DNA of 64,000 nucleotides from Microbotryum violaceum (taxonomy: Eukaryota). Below are positions 15,676-30,373 of this stretch, piece by piece. Made by a program: the position numbers and the translations under genes. Location of the stretch: the NCBI GenBank assembly GCA_001244265.2, contig CDLV01000008.1:558001-622000 (forward strand), given 5' to 3'. The notes beneath the pieces were generated by a model that was given only the letters and a program-made list of their open reading frames with translations, ran no database searches and was not told where the DNA came from. Within the stretch, counting starts at the first letter, position 1, and each line of letters starts with the position of its first letter.

Positions 15676-17672
15676 TTACCTCAGATACCTCTTCTCGCTT
15701 CTGACTTTGATCGCTTCGGCCCTACTCTCCTCCGCTTCTTCCTCCTCGACCTGCGCCGGTGTGGGCGGTAACCTTAACACCTCCCCCTCACCCAACGACA
15801 CGGCCAGATTTTCGGACTCGAAGAAGGGCTGTTCAAACTCGAACTCGTCGCCGTTGGCCCGCTGCGCTTCGCCGGTCTCGGCTGCCTCGAGCGCCTGGTG
15901 CAGTGCTTCGGCTTCGCGGGGGGGGCGCACTTTGCCCGTAAGGATGTCGCGTGGGGTGATGCCGGGCCAAAAGTACGCGTTCTCGTTCTCCTCGCTGCGC
16001 GTGACGTAGATTTGCGCGACCGCCTCGACACCAGCATACATTCCTCGACTCCGGACTGCGGGCAGAACGGGGAGGAAGAGACATAGGGTTGTGGCGTGAG
16101 CAAACTCGAGCGATGTAAGACGTTAACTCGGTCGGATCAGGTCCGTTCCACGCACGGTAGCTTAGTATTGGCACTCGACTTTTCCCCGTTTCGGCGACCG
16201 CGCCAGCGCCATAGGGGCCAGCGGCGACACCGAGCTCTGCGCCTAGAGTAACGGTATCTGGCGAAGTGGCAAGGGACCGATCAGCATTCTGACGAGTACG
16301 CGTGTGAGGCATGCTCTTCGTAAACCTACGACCCATGAACGCGTCAAGCACTTCCGCAGTTCGAAGAACTGCTCGTACAGGCAGGCAAGCGCAGGATGTT
16401 CGGTCAGCGTGAGATACGTCGCTATCGCCTCCCTGATGTCTGGTGACTGACTCAAGACCGCATCATATATATCTACACCCAACATCAGCCCGAAACTGAG
16501 ATTGTTGGGACTCATCGAGCTCGGGGCGGACCAACTTCCGTCCTCGAGGCGGGCAATCACCATTCCGGCCCCACCGGCGCCTCCCAGAGGTGCGATGCCG
16601 GAACGCATGCTGGTAAAGATGGCAACCCCTTTGGCCTCCCGAATGACCTTGGCCGGGATTTTCCTGGGTTTGAAGAAACCTGAGCTAGAGTCAGTCTTGC
16701 CCACGCACCGACCGCACGAAGGGCAAGCGTAGGGCCCGCGGGCGCGAACGAACCTAATGACTTTCTTCTGCACCTTGCGAGGCGCTCCGGAAGCGGTTTT
16801 CGATTCCACGTCTACGGCACCTTCGACCCCGTCGACGGTAAAGGACTGCAGAATCCTCGTCACTTTTTCCAACTCGGCCGTAAAGTCCCCCGTTACCGGA
16901 TAGAACCGTTCCGAGCCGGTCTGTGGAAGTGTCGATACCGATCGGGGCAGAGGGGTGGAAGGGGGGGGTTCTCAGTTTTGGCCCGAGCGTGCACGTGATC
17001 TCGAGTTTCCCCGCGGCCGTTTCGCTCCGTGGTGATTGATGTGAGCTCGAGTGCGCCACGAGCCGGACCGCGAGCGGCGTGTTTCTGACCTCAAAGCGAC
17101 GCACGCCAGTGCTCCCTACTCTTTCCACAAGCCTGTTGCCACCAATACCCGCAGAGCCGAGTCTCCGCTCCGGCATACGGATCAAGACAGCGTGCATCTG
17201 CCGAAACTCTCTGCCTCGCGCGATCCGCCCGCGGCGCTGACGGCGCCCACGGCAGGAGGCATGTTCCTCGAAGAACAGCTCGACTCTGTAGCGGCGTGAT
17301 GCACCAAAAACTCACCGCCTCGGCCCAACCGTTCATCTTAACGCCGAGCCAATCTGACCAGGCGATGCCCTTTTCTAAGGCCACCGTCCCCGTCTGCTTG
17401 CCGTGGCGCGAGAACCAGCCCGACAAGCCTTCTTTCGTCGGCGGCATCGCATCGCTATATGGGGTGTAGGCCTTGGGCGGGTCGCGTACGAGGCGTTTGG
17501 GTGGTGATGGGATCGGAGCAAGGTGCAGGTTGAGGCTTGTCGGGTTCGAGTGGGAATCGAGATTCGGGCTCGAGCTTGAACTAGAGCTTGAGCTGGGAGG
17601 AGTGGGCACCAATCGGACCGCAGGCCGAGACGCGACGCTGCCCTTCGCTTCGCCACGACTGTCCATCGTCAT
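15676..17672 (-). CDS. Ysc84/SYLF (DUF500) actin/lipid-binding domain protein
   Basis: KIPAKVIREAKGVAIFT, GGAGGAGMVIARLEDGSWSAPS, LGAELGVAAGPYG and ENENAYFWPGITPRDILTG. Multi-exon. Confidence 0.85.
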
Positions 17673-18449
17673 GTTGACTCGTTCGAATGGACTGTGGAGA
17701 GCGCGATCTCGTTGTATTGAATCTGTCGTGAGCTTAAGACTGTGTCGGCGAGCTTGCAGACGGCTGATGCGGGCGAATAAAGTATAGGTCAAGTGTGGGC
17801 AGAAGCTAAGGTGGAGGCTGCGCAGCACACCCGGGCCCGACAACGCTTCTCGCAGCCGCGACCTGCCGCGACGTGAAGCTCCGATAACAATGCCCGCACC
17901 GATGACATAATCTGACGCCGAGCGAGCGTCGGACCGAGGGAGTCGGATCAGAGTCATCGTGGACGCATATGACTTGCGCGATATTTGTCAAGATTAGTAA
18001 GTGCGTCACTCACTGTTTCAGTCGATCTGAGCTCACACATTTCCTTTGTTTCCAGCACCCACTTCGTGTTCAACATCGTCAAAAATCTAGCGGTCCGACT
18101 AGCTGTAAGGCATTGGCCTCCGCGCCTCGGCGCGACAACGTTCACGGCTGAGGGCGAGGCGCGCGGACGTGTAAAGCATACCTTAAAACGGCGGCGTCGA
18201 CGTGCAAATTTCATTATCCACTCGTGATTGAAAGTAGGCCCCCATTAAAACCCAGTACAGTAAAAACCAAGAAAAAAAATCCCAGCTATGACGGTAATTA
18301 TACATATATACGAGTGGCCCAGATCAAATCGGCTCGGTTGCGAAGGCCAAAAAAAGTGTCTGTAGGGGTCGTCCATCATGCCTAATGCTTGGCAGACAAG
18401 AAGCCGAAGAGGCAATATGATATATAGTAGAAGAGGTATGTGCCCTCTC

Positions 18450-20403
18450 CTAACGTATAACGGGGTACAAAGAAGTCATCAAGACCACAAACAGCAATAA
18501 CGGCGACACCGATGCGAATGCCGACGACACGTGTGGCGCAGCGGCGGATGTCGAAGCGGCGGCGATGAGAGGCGCAAAGCTGGGACCACAAGCTAGTGCT
18601 GTTTGTGTACGGGCCCCACCATAGGTCTGACTGATCACGTAGGTAGAGTTGCGGGCATATTGGCTGATGGTGGCGGAAGCAGCAGCGGCGGACACAGAGG
18701 CAAGGCATCGGTTCGAGCTCATCAGCCTGCTGAACGAAGCGGCATTCGGAACCCTTCACTTCGGACTCACGCGTAGATATTCATAAGGCCCTGGGTACAG
18801 GAGCCGCATTCGGGCACCGTTCCCGAGGGGAGGAAGGTCCCCTCGGGGAGATAATAATAGTACTGCGCCGAAGGGTCGGTCGCGACGTTGGCCTCGGCGA
18901 AGCAGTATTGCGCTGTGACGTTGTTGCGTTGGCAGCCGGCTTGGTACATCATCGCATAATTCTGGAATCCTTCGAGTGCTTCGAGGACGAGCGGGTTGCG
19001 CCGCGACAGGTCGTTGCCGCAGTTTCTGGCTTTGGCGAGCTGGCCAGCCAGTTGATTCATGAGCGTCGTGCAAGTGGCGACAGGAGCCGCACATGCCGCA
19101 TCGAGTACAGTCGGCAGAAGTGCGAACGGTGACCGTGCGGCCATGAAGAACCCATTGGATGTGCTCATCAGAAGCGAGAAGGGGGTGCATGCGATACTGA
19201 GACATCCGGTAGGGCCAGATCCGACGCCGGAGATACGATCGAATCAGCGCCAGAACACCGAGTTGGGCCACGCGGAATAACATCGAGTGTACTCACAAAG
19301 CGGGGTTGGCGAGAAAGGTGCGAAAAAACGAAGGGCATGCCGTGGAGGTAAAGTTGGTTCCGAGGGTAGCACTAAGGAAAATTTCAAGGTTTGCAAAGCC
19401 CCCCGTCAGTTCTGGAGCCGCAGTCTTCCGTGTTGGGGGAGATCGAGATGGTGTGGTCTGTTCTACGGCACCACATAAGGCTACGCAGTGAAACTCACTC
19501 GAAAGCTTGTGGGAGCGTGTAATTGCTGGGAACACTGGTCGAGGTTGATACCGCAGCGAATGTCGTCGACGACGGGGTCGAGGTCGAGGTCGACGCCGAA
19601 GCCGCGGAGGTCGTCGCTAATAAGGCCGTACTAAAGGCGGAGGGGTTGTTCGTAGTCTACACACCCAGACAGCGCAAAAAAAAACTCTACATTAGTTGCT
19701 CAGACCTCCAAGGTGTCGTTTACACATTCGTTCGTTCAATGAGACCTACGACAGCTGGTGCCGCTGTTGGCGTGCTCGTCGACGACTCGCCTGCTCTCGG
19801 GACGAGCACTTGCGCAGGAGCCAGGGCGCCGTCGCACGAGCGCGTGACACAGGAGGAGGCAGCCGATATTGACTTGTAGAGGTGGCGCAAGTCGACCATC
19901 GACTTGGCAGGTGCGAAGATAGCTAACTTGTTGGGTACGGGGGGGTATTGCTCCGACGCTGATATTCCGGGCGGCGGCGATCCCTTCGGCCGGTCGACCC
20001 CTATCGGCCGATGGGGCAGAGCGAACTCTTCGGCATCGGGGTCAGGCTTTCTCACGATCAACGCTCTGGGGCGAATCCCACTTGCATGGGCTAAGCCTCT
20101 CACGGGTAGAACGGCGGCACACGCGACCACGAGCGAGGTCGAGAAGGAGAGGGCCACCAAAGTGACGAGGCAACGGCGGCACCTGCAGCTCAGACCGCGC
20201 GGGACGGGGCGTGCTTGCGGCTCGGTCCCCGAAATTGACACTTCAGACGAGGGCGGCATGGAGGCGCCACCACGGCGCCGTTGGCGATGAGCAGCTTGAC
20301 GGTCCACGGTGGCAGGCTGAGCCGTCGGCAGATCGGGGTCGACGCGTGGTCGAGATGGTCCAGCTATAGCGTTCACGACCATTCTCGTGATGTCTTGTCT
20401 CAT
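18450..20403 (-). CDS. Cys-rich fungal membrane/secreted protein with a Ser/Thr-rich linker and hydrophobic C-terminus
   Basis: N-terminal hydrophobic segment (LVALSFSTSLVVACAAVL), conserved-looking Cys spacing (C...CGNDL...NPLVLEAL.GFQNY.MMY.AGC...YCF) and a hydrophobic tail. Spliced from ORFs 19720-20469, 18767-19168 and 18450-18722. Confidence 0.65.
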
Positions 20404-23400
20404 GGTCGTGAGCCTGGCAGTGAGCCGGGATCGTCGCCTTGCGGGAGCTCCAACTTGTTCCCTATCCAAGTTTCAAGCCGCTTCGACTAGTCGTCGATCC
20501 GAAGCTCCACCGAGTGGGCTCGGCCGGGCGGGTTCCAAGGCTGGCTGGGCGCCGGCGTTCGTGTAGTCCGGCCCCAACTTCGGCGTTCGCCGTCGACTGT
20601 CGTTCGACCGGCGACGATTGGATTTGCCCCTGCCGTAGGACGGATGATGTCTGGAAGCGTTGTGGCCAATGCTGTGGGTAGCTGTGGTCGAAGAGTAGAC
20701 ACGCAGAGACCAGTTGCGTATAAGGAGGTAAGGTAGGCAGGTGGGGGACCGACTTTAGATCGCGTGCAGGCCGCGAAATTTCTGGTCGCAGGCCTCGAGA
20801 CGATGGTCCCGGGGGTGGTCCATCGCTACCAAACGATCAAGGCACCACTCAGCCTCGAACTTCGCGAGACTTCGCTGCCGAACGGAGTCGAGGCTTTGGA
20901 CGCAATAGGCTCGTCGGCCCCTTACTCCACCTACCTACTACTACCTCCCTCGTTGTATTCGTTCGCCGGGGTAAGCTGTGCTACACCGGTGCAGGCACCC
21001 ACTGGGCGACCGTGTTTCTCCTCGGTTCTCGTGCATCTTATGTGTGATCAGTTTCAAGTGCCCTCAAATGACAAGCGTCGTTTAGCCAACTTCGGGTCTA
21101 AAGCTTCACTATAATGATTAGGTTTTTACTTTCGAACAAGAAGAAGTAGATTGCATAGAAGAAACTCCAGCTTTATTAGGCACTCAAACCTTCCCTTCAA
21201 CTTTTGGTTGCCCAGCTCTGTTGAGGGCGCCCGCCTCCGAGTCGGTCTCAGCTCGATCGCTTATTCCCTCCCGTGCATGGCCTCTGCATACCAGAAGGCC
21301 CGACGCCTCTCAATATTCCTCCAAATTTTCAGCCGGTTCCGCGGGGGCTTCAGCAAACGATGGAACCGGCGAAGCGAAGAAGTGGTTACTCAAACAGCCG
21401 CCATCGACACTTACCCTCTCGATCTTGCAAAGTCCGACCAATCTCTATTCACGAAGTTTTTTTGCTCGAGCCGATGGATCAATCGGCGGCCGGCCGGGGC
21501 ACAATCATAAAAGCGCAGACTGGCGCAGTTCTTGTGAGCAGCTGAGGCCCCTGGACCCATGGTGAGGAGATGGAGAAAGGATCGCCCGTGGATCCTTTTC
21601 CAGGTTGAGCGATTGTTGGTGCCCTCCTTCGCCGCATGCCATGCTCGATGAAGGCGAACTACCCAGCTCCGTCGTGTGTCTAGCAATACACGCGGCGCCA
21701 AACTCCGATCCCAGCAACGCGCATAAAAATCGGGTTCGCGTCAGCACCAGAGAGATTATTGGTAGCAGTTCTCGCTTGAAGGCTTCGTACCCCATAATTC
21801 TGCATGGGCCGACCGGGGATGTGGATCGCAGTGCCCGGAGGTATCAAGCCCCTATCAGATAGCCGACCGGCCCTCGCTCGCTGCCACTCGGACGGGCCGA
21901 GACTATCCCACACAAGTACTAGTCGAAACTGTGTGCCGAAAGCTGACGAGAGGTAGGGCAATTATCTCTTTTCCCGATGATTCTACATCATGTCCAAAGC
22001 TGACAAGTCACGAGCCCCTGGTACGACCGCCTGCGGCGCCCGGACAAAGGCCACGAAGTCGATTGGCTAACATGCGTGTGGGTGCATGAGCCTGCATCAT
22101 GATGCCTGATCGTGCACTTGCATTGTAGTGGCAGAGCAAGGTCACCGCAGCATGTGCAAGAGCCTTAATTCACGGCGCTAGTAAAATTGTCACCACCGCA
22201 ATCCTGCAGGTACTTTTCCCGATAGACCCGACTCGAGGCGAAAATGGATTCCTTCGACCGCTTCCACTCTCTCGGGCAGAGTACGTGCGGCACGAAGAGC
22301 GAGCTACTATTGCAGATAGTTGAAAAACGATGTCGGGAATTAACTCCTTCTTAAACCTCCATGCAATTCTTCTTGGTTGGGTGTTGGCTGGAGGCGGGGT
22401 GGCAACCTCAGAGTGAACACTGGGGTTCTCGGGTTGGTGGGTCGTGCGACACAGGTTTGCAGAGGTGTTGATTGGAAGGACTATGAGGTGGTATTAGTAA
22501 GGGCGGACGGGCGTGACGTCTGGCCGAGTGCCCAGAAGCAACTGTATAATGTCAGCTGCTGTTGAGTGTGCCTGCCCACGGCCCACCCCTCGGCTTGACC
22601 CGGCCACCTGGGCGACGGCGACCCCGTCAGCTGCCTGCGCCCGGCAGTGCCTCGATGTGCAAGGATACAAATCTAACGCCTACATCATTGTATCTTACCG
22701 GAGGAGGCATTTCGGTTTTCAAAACATCGTAGGTATTTTTTCTTCTTCCTTATTTCTGGATCCAAGTCCGACCGCGCCGGCTCCCATTGGCTCCTCGCCG
22801 AAAGGGAGAGGTCTTTCTTCGTTCGGGCTTCGCGCCGATGAGTCACTCGGAGGGACGGATCCGGATGTCGAGAGGCGTGGTTGAGGAACTCGACGAACAT
22901 CCACTTGCACCGACCGAATCGATGCGAAATGTGACGAAGTCTCCCCACAGCTTGTGCGGACATCTCACGGCAGATTTCATGTTGAGCCGAGTCGCCGAAC
23001 AGCAGTTATCCGAGGTCATGTGCCCCCGTCACGAGCTTGCGAGCCTAGTTCACACCCTAGTAACACCAGCTATCCTGGGCACGGAGGAGAACAGCTTAAC
23101 CGACGGTCAAATAAATCACAGGTTGCTTGCAGTGATATCTGCCGTGCCCTGGTTCTCGGGAGGCTTTATAATTTGCGATGGGAGTGGGTCCACCAAAGTC
23201 TGCGATAATTTCGATGCATCAAGCTCCTCGGAGCGTTGCCTCAGGGTTCCAAACGAGCGGTGATACTGGGTAAGCACACTTCCTACCCACCTCACTGTAC
23301 TCTGATCCACCCGGTGTGACGCATTACGTTATCGCATCAGCTTCACGCGGCATCGGTAGCTGACTCGGACCTTGCGTGCGACGTTGGCGTCTCGACCCTC

Positions 23401-23913
23401 CTCCCCCTCACCCTCAAGCGGCGGACTGTGATATGTCACTCAGCTCACCAGGCCGGCGACGTTTTCAATCCATTCTACCTCAAAAAATCCCTACAACCAT
23501 CGATGCGAGTGTGACATTCCACTTCGTGGGTGTTCTAGCTGGCCCAGCATGCGCCAAGTGGCACTCGCGAAGCGTTCCAGCGCGTACCATGAAGTGCCTT
23601 GCCCGTGAGAAACTCGACCAATCTCGTCAAGGAGGACCCATTTGCAACATGAATGGGATCGTATGGGAAGAAGGGAGGGAGTGGCGGGGACACTATGTCC
23701 CATGGAGGAGAAGCGGTCCCCTTTGCCTTGAAATGGCGAGGGCAAGTTTGCGGGCCAAATGCAATGCAATGCGATTGCAGATGAAGAGATATGCAGTACT
23801 GATGAAGAATGACGGATGACTCCCGAGGCGATACAAATACAAACCGTGGGGCTTGGGTCGAACCACAACCATCCGCGGGTCAGAGCAGGCGAATGAAAAA
23901 TGCGTACAACTGT

Positions 23914-26900
23914 CTACAGGCGCTCGAGAAAGCCAACCTCGAGTTGACCCCAGTGGCGCTTGTCAGAAGGGTAGATGGACGAACTAGCGCGCAACAAGTC
24001 GGTCAGTCGAGTGATGACAGATGAGGGGTATTGTGTTCGTTCGCAGGTCGACATTGGCGATGCAATAAATTCTTGACTGCGTGCGTTGCAGACAGTGGGG
24101 GGGGGGGGGGGAAGTGTCGAGCGACGCAGGTCAGCAGGTTCAAATAATGAGGCTAACTCACGCCAAGTCTTTCTCCGAGCGCACCATTTTTCGTCCATTT
24201 CGTTTTCCACAACAATGTAGAATATCTTGACGGCATTCATCGAGCGTCGTGTGGTCGGCTCGGTGCCAGAGACGGCCCCGCTTGGCTGGCGGGAGCTGTC
24301 TTCCAGCACTTCGACCGCAGGTGTTGTCATGACCGAAAAGGACAACCTAACCGAAGGATTGAAGAGCCAGAGCTGGACAAGGGAAATACATCCGGAGACA
24401 AAATTTAACTATAGTACGGGTATAGCCAGCGCGAGCAAAGGGAACGACTGGACTCACCAATAATCGGGCCTTATTGTGCTCACGATCCTCGACGATGAGT
24501 CGATGGCAAGCGTGCGCCTGCCCCAATTCGAGCAGCTCGGCGGTAATTTGGCTCGCCAGACTGTAGCGACGCGCGTCCTTAAGTGGCGAGCCAGGAATCC
24601 TGAGTGAGAGCGGGTACGTAGCGAATTTGAGTAACCGGAAACATTTTGTCGAGGTGTCCGAAGCTTGTGCGGGCGAGACTTCGAAGCCGATCATGGACGA
24701 ACACGAGTCGCACTGCGCAGGATACAGCGGGTCGCCGTTCTCCGTCCGTTCGAGCTGGGAATATAGGCAGGGAGACAACGGGCTGGGCGTCAGCTCGGAT
24801 AGTTCGGGGCGGGACCGAGTGATGGACTATGGCTCGGCAAGTGTGACCTCAAGTGTAGCCTTCCGTGCAGAGTGCTGAGGCAGGCAGGTTTGTTCAGAGA
24901 TCGCTTGTAACAGTCGATTTGGGACAGAGTGTATCAGTCCGCCCTCCCTAGAGATGATCAGCCCGGGACATCAACGCTCGCCACCTTCCGCAGTTCCCCC
25001 CAAGAAGGGCCCCAGCAGACAGGAATGCGAAAAGCGTCCTCAAAGGGCAAAGGAGGCGGACTTTCTTTTACGTCCGATATGGATGGAAAGAGGGGAAGGC
25101 GAGGAAACGATAAAGGGCATATGGCGAGCCAGAGTGAACGCCCGTCAATGTGATAAAGCCGGACTCACCTCGTCAGCAAATGGCATCCGGTGCCACTTTT
25201 TCGCGAGCGCTCGGTCGAACAAGAGATAACTCGACCCGACCAACCCTTCGCCTGCGCGGGGTTGAATACCTTTGCCCTTGGCGGTCAGATCGTCCGAGAG
25301 GGTCTGGTCTTGGTGGCACATCCAAGCGTCGAGCAACTCGGCCCAATGCTCGCTCGGCAGCGCATTGTACTTCGTGATGGCCGAGGCGTCGACGACTTCC
25401 GAGTGGCACGTCGAGCACGCGAAGGAGCGGGGAAGCGATTCGCGCAGCTCGGCCGTCGACAGCGGCGTATGGATCTCGAGGTCGGGTCGGGACCGAGTCG
25501 GAGACGGCTCAAACGCCACAAGCTTGACTTCAAAGTAAGAACCACGAGGCGTGACGTGCGCGACTTGGGTCGCAACGCGTGAGGGCAGTATGATCCGGGA
25601 TGGCTCTCCACCGATCGTCGGCCCGACGAGGATGCTTTCGCCCTCCAGGGACTTGACCTCCCATTCCTGCCGCGCCGAGCCAGGCGAGCGCGGCCAGAAC
25701 GACACGACGAGCGACCCCAGATTGCGGGCTTCTTCGACAAGATAGTCGATGACCGGAGGGGCAGGGGCGTCAAAGGGGCCTACGGGGCGCCTCAGTGCGT
25801 TCCCCAGGCCCAGCACGCCCAGCCCTGTCGATTCGACGGACGCTCGCCGAGCGCCTCGGTCCGCCGAGCCGAGCCTCGACATGGGCGACGATGGCGTCGC
25901 CTCCGAGGGAGAATTTATCCGAGAATCGTACGACGGCCGTCGGGATGCCGAAGGGGAACCAGGGCGCTTGAACATGCCCAAGCGCAGAGTCGAGAACCGC
26001 TTCTTCAGCGAGCTTCCGTCGACGGGGGGCGAGCCGTCAAGGGAATAGTCGGCCGGGGAGAGACTGCCGGTAGGCGGAGGACCGGGGAAAATCTCAACCG
26101 GATAGTGCGACGGGAGTTCCGCATCCTGCGACGCAAGTCGACCTTTACCAGTGTGGTGGAGGATGAACTCCCTTCGTGCAGCCTCGTTCAGATCCGACGG
26201 GACAAAGGGCGAGGAAGGTTTGACGATTCCTCGCTGCTCGCCACCGTTGACGTCGACCCGTTGGTCGCTTAGCGTGCGGGAGGCCGCCCTATTGATTTGG
26301 TCGATGAGCTTATCGAGCATCACTTCTTGTATCCTCTGGTTCCGTGCGGCCTTTTCGCCGGGATCCTCGTCCGCCGAGGAGACGGACACGGCGCGCTGGT
26401 CGTCCAGACGGCCTTTGGACAAACGCTCGATCGCGTTGCCCAGTTTGGCGAGCTGCCGCTCCCGGAGGGCTCGCCTGTCGGGCTCGACGCGTTGATTGGC
26501 GAGTTGCGGCGAGACGGCGTAGAGGCGCTCGATGGCGTGCGAGACCGAATCGAGGTCACGTTGCCTTTTTTCGTTGCTGCGGTGCGAAGCTTGATGGGTC
26601 AGCGGCGCGGCTTCGCCTTCGTTGTGGCGCTCGACCTTGCAGTCGACAACGTGATCAGCAAAGTAGGGCGGTGGCAATTGGGGATGCTCGAGCTCTACGA
26701 GACTCGGGTCGTGCGAGTACGAAGGGAGATCGCCGGTGACGCCGGCGACCGAGAGGGCAAACATGGTCGAGGACCGTAGTGACGAATAAGCGTTTATGTG
26801 CGCAAATTGGCCCTCCCGGGCGCACGAGATGAAACTTTGATCCTCTGCAAATATTGCGTCGGCTTCGGCCCGTTCCCGACACAATGCTCGCACCCGCTCG

Positions 26901-28153
26901 GATAGATCGTCGATGCAACCCCACAGCAGGTCCCGCTCGGCTCGCTCAACCTCCCTTGCCGCTCCAAAGACCGACGAAAGTGCGTGTGCAGCATCGTGCA
27001 ACAAACCCTCGTTCTTGCTCTGCTGCAACGCCTTGGCCTCGCGTTCAAGTCGCTGGTACACGTTTGCCAAGTAGACGCTCGAGGCCGACAGCTCTGCTCC
27101 CCGGTCCGTCGTCAACGACACCGATGCGGAAGCTGGCCCGGGCCCGGGCTGGGTAGGTAGGGGTACTGGGGCAACGAAGGTGTGGCCAACGTGAACGAGT
27201 CGTTCGATGCTGACAATCAAGGCGCCCAGGTTGTGAGCGAGTTGGGCATCGGTCGGTGGAAGCGCTGGCGCGAGCCGATCGATCTGGGCCTGTAACTCAG
27301 TGGCCAGGGCGAGACGGCTCACGGGCGTTGACGTGGTTTCGGTCTCGGGAAGACAAGAGCCCGTCGAGGACGGAACATGACTCTGACCGTCGACGTTGGC
27401 ATCCTCCCAACGTACGATCGCCTGGGCCCTCAGGCCGTTGATGAGGTGGGCGAGCAGCTCGTCTTCGGCCTGAGCGTCCGGCGCTGTGAGGGCTTGAGGG
27501 GGGGAAAGTCCCGAACCCGGTCCGGTCGCGTCTTGCGCTAACCAGATGAAAGCATCGGTGGGCGCGTTTGCTCTTGACGTAGATGCGATGGGGATCGAGT
27601 CCATCAGCTGCGTCGCCTGTGATGTCGTTAGCTCGTCAGAGCGAGGACGGAGAAGCGGTTGGAGCAAGCCCTGCAGTGCCGACAGGAACGCGAGCTTGGC
27701 GGCGCCGAGTTGACCAAAAGACTCCTGCAAGAAGGATCGTGTTTATGTGCGTGTATGAGTGTGAGGGCATTTGCTGCGCGAGAGCCGCTACAATTGATTA
27801 CTCACCTCTGACACCGCGGTAGGCGTTCCCAGCAACGGTGCGCCACGGCCGACCGCCTTCGGCGGCAGTGGCGGTGGCATAGCTGAGCTGGTTGTGGCAG
27901 TCGCGGTCCGAGCACCGGAAAAAAGTTGTTCCTGCCCTAATTCGATGAGATCAAGCTCGTCATGGCCGTGCATGGACAGAAGTGACCGGTCGGCGCTCGA
28001 TGCGGTGGGGAAACGTAGCGCGCCTTCGCGGTCCAGGTCGGCCGCGATCGGCGCTCGTGGTACAGCGAACGGGTCGAACGAAGCTTGGAGCGGACTGGTG
28101 GAGCGGCTGCCATCGTTTGTCACCGAAGACCGCGGCCTCTCGAGAGTGGTCAT
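23914..28153 (-). CDS. HECT-like E2-binding (HECT_2; IPA1/UBE3D-like) domain protein with a long N-terminal extension
   Basis: 861-aa exon 25145-27730 contains CSTC...LPSEHWAELLDAWMCH. Downstream exons have CDSC, LLLWFFNP and AVKIFY. Probable ATG at 28153. Confidence 0.8.
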
Positions 28154-28265
28154 GTCTGGTGGGGAGCTGCCGTGACGGTAGCCCGTCGCAAGGAAGGTTT
28201 TCTCAGAGAACAAAGGGTGCGCTCCGAGGCGAAGGATGGCGGTGGGGGCTCGGCTGCCACCGGAA

Positions 28266-28293
28266 GGACCCCCGGAAAGCCCAGCCGGAGGCG

Positions 28294-28335
<42 letters not shown>

Positions 28336-30373
28336 GTTTGACATTTTGAGGACCCAAAATCCTGAAAATCGTCGAGGCGCATTGCAAAAAATTGACATTT
28401 TGGGACGAAACACACGTTTCGCCCCCGAGGCGCCTGTCTACATTTTGACATTTTCCCGTGAGTCGGCCCAATTTTGGCCTACCCTGAGCAGCCTACGGCA
28501 TGACTTTGGGCCCGTTTGTCTTCGCTTCGAGACGCGTTTCGCGATGCTCGCGCTTGAACAAGTCACTTAGTACTAGCCATCTTCGGTAATCACTTGAGTT
28601 AAGTGGCTGTGAGGGATTAGGCCGATTTGATATTGAAAGGGCGCAGGTTCCGTTCCGCTTCACTTCGGTCCGAGATTGGAGCATAGCACGACAACATCAT
28701 CCCATGCAGGCCTTAAACGATGCCTTCGATTGATTATTACCGCTCACCAACATGAACATGACGATCGCCGAGCTCCTCCGAGTCGCTTTCGATGTCGCTC
28801 CCGCCGACGCGTCTCTTCACATCGAGTTGTCCAAAGACGAGCTCACCTTATCATCTACTCGAGGCCGTTGAGAAGGCAAACAGCTTCTCACGACCAATCG
28901 TGCGTCTACCAAGCTCAACTATCGAAATTTTGGTCTAAGCTCACGCGTGTTTGGTTCTACACAGCCCACACAATTGAAACTTCCTCCTCAAGTTGTCGAT
29001 GCTCGCGATACCAATTTCTCGCTGAACTGGCCAACCTGATTGCCCATCAAGCTGCTCATAAGTGTAGCCACCTCAAGCTGTCTCACTCAAGGGAGGCCGA
29101 TGGAATCGAGCGACCCAACTCGCGGAGAGGCAGGCGTAGGGGTTAGCAATACAGAGGAAGGACGCAGTGCAGCACATTCAAGCGTCTTGAAAGGGTTGGT
29201 ACAGTACATGGGACCATCTCGCTGTGAAGACATGGCGGGCACGACAAGGAGCTTTCGCTGGACTAGAGGTGACCAGGTGGCCCGAGCGCTCACAACAAAC
29301 GAGATTCAGAAGAACGCCTATATTGAGGATGGCCGCATTCAAGTGAGTTGTTGCTGAATTCAGGAACGAAGGCAACTGGATCTAATGTTTTGCCGGTCCT
29401 ATACTTTTAGGAACCTCCCTGAGAGAGACAAGCAGTATGGAGCGCTAGCACAACGCTATCCTCATTTTGGATTGCTTGACGGAGCTGTAACCGCTGCTAC
29501 ACCATTGGAGATTGGATCTCTGATCTGCTTTGACCTCAAGCGTGGCATGCATTCACTCAGCTGCGATCAAACTGTTTATGGAGAAGAAGCGCTGTCTATC
29601 GGAATTGGTACGTTGTTTTGAGTGGCAGTTGAGGAAGTTCTCGTTTGACACAAGTCTTGTGTCCTACAGTGCGACACATCTACAGCAAAGTGACAACAAA
29701 CCGCTGCAACCAAGACACGCTCGCCTCGTTGGTTCTACTCTCAAATGTCGTCGTACAGGAGCTTCGCCTCATCAAGAAAACATGCTATTCCACACACCTC
29801 ATTGATGGCACTATGCCGTTCCGCATGATTGATGGTCGACAGGTCATCGAGTCATTAGGCCCGTCAACGACTACATATCGTTCAACCACGGACCTTACCT
29901 CATGTTACCCGGACGAGCGCCTAATCAGCACGAGCGCACATGCCGAGCAAAGGTTTGCCGCCCTTCGGAGCGTGCCCGGCCTGCGAGATGCCGCCGGCAG
30001 AACCTCTACAAGTCGCACAAATGCCACCGCGGAAACAAGGAGCTCAACTTCAGCAAAAAGGAAGTCTGACAACGAAGCAGCGAGCCAGCCAGCAAAGCAA
30101 GGAAGGCTTGTTTGAAGCCTGGAGCCACGCGCAACACCAGCCGAAGCGACGCGCGCCGCAAGCCACTTTCGATAGGCCGCCGCGCGCCCGCAAACGCTCG
30201 GAACGCGTTTTCGAGGACTTTTGAGCGATATTTGGAGCATGTAGAACACATTTTGATAATATTTCCGAGGCGCATGCGAAATTTTGACATTTTGGGGCCA
30301 AAATAGGGTAAAAACCTTTGACAAAAAGGCCAAAAAAGGGCGTTTTTCCGCATGCGCCTCGGGCTGGGCTTTC
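28266..30373 (+). mobile_element. P-element-like transposon copy 2, internally deleted (non-autonomous); its right TIR is interrupted by the KDZ element
   Basis: Left TIR GGACCCCCGGAAAGCCCAGCCGGAGGCGC and right GCGCCTCGGGCTGGGCTTTC. Subterminal TTTGACATTTT motifs occur at both ends, with poly-T at 28295-28334. The 3' part matches copy 1 but the catalytic exon is missing. Confidence 0.8.

Noticed and set aside
20764..22600. Short ORFs in the intergenic region
   Set aside because: No recognisable motifs or coherent splice structure.
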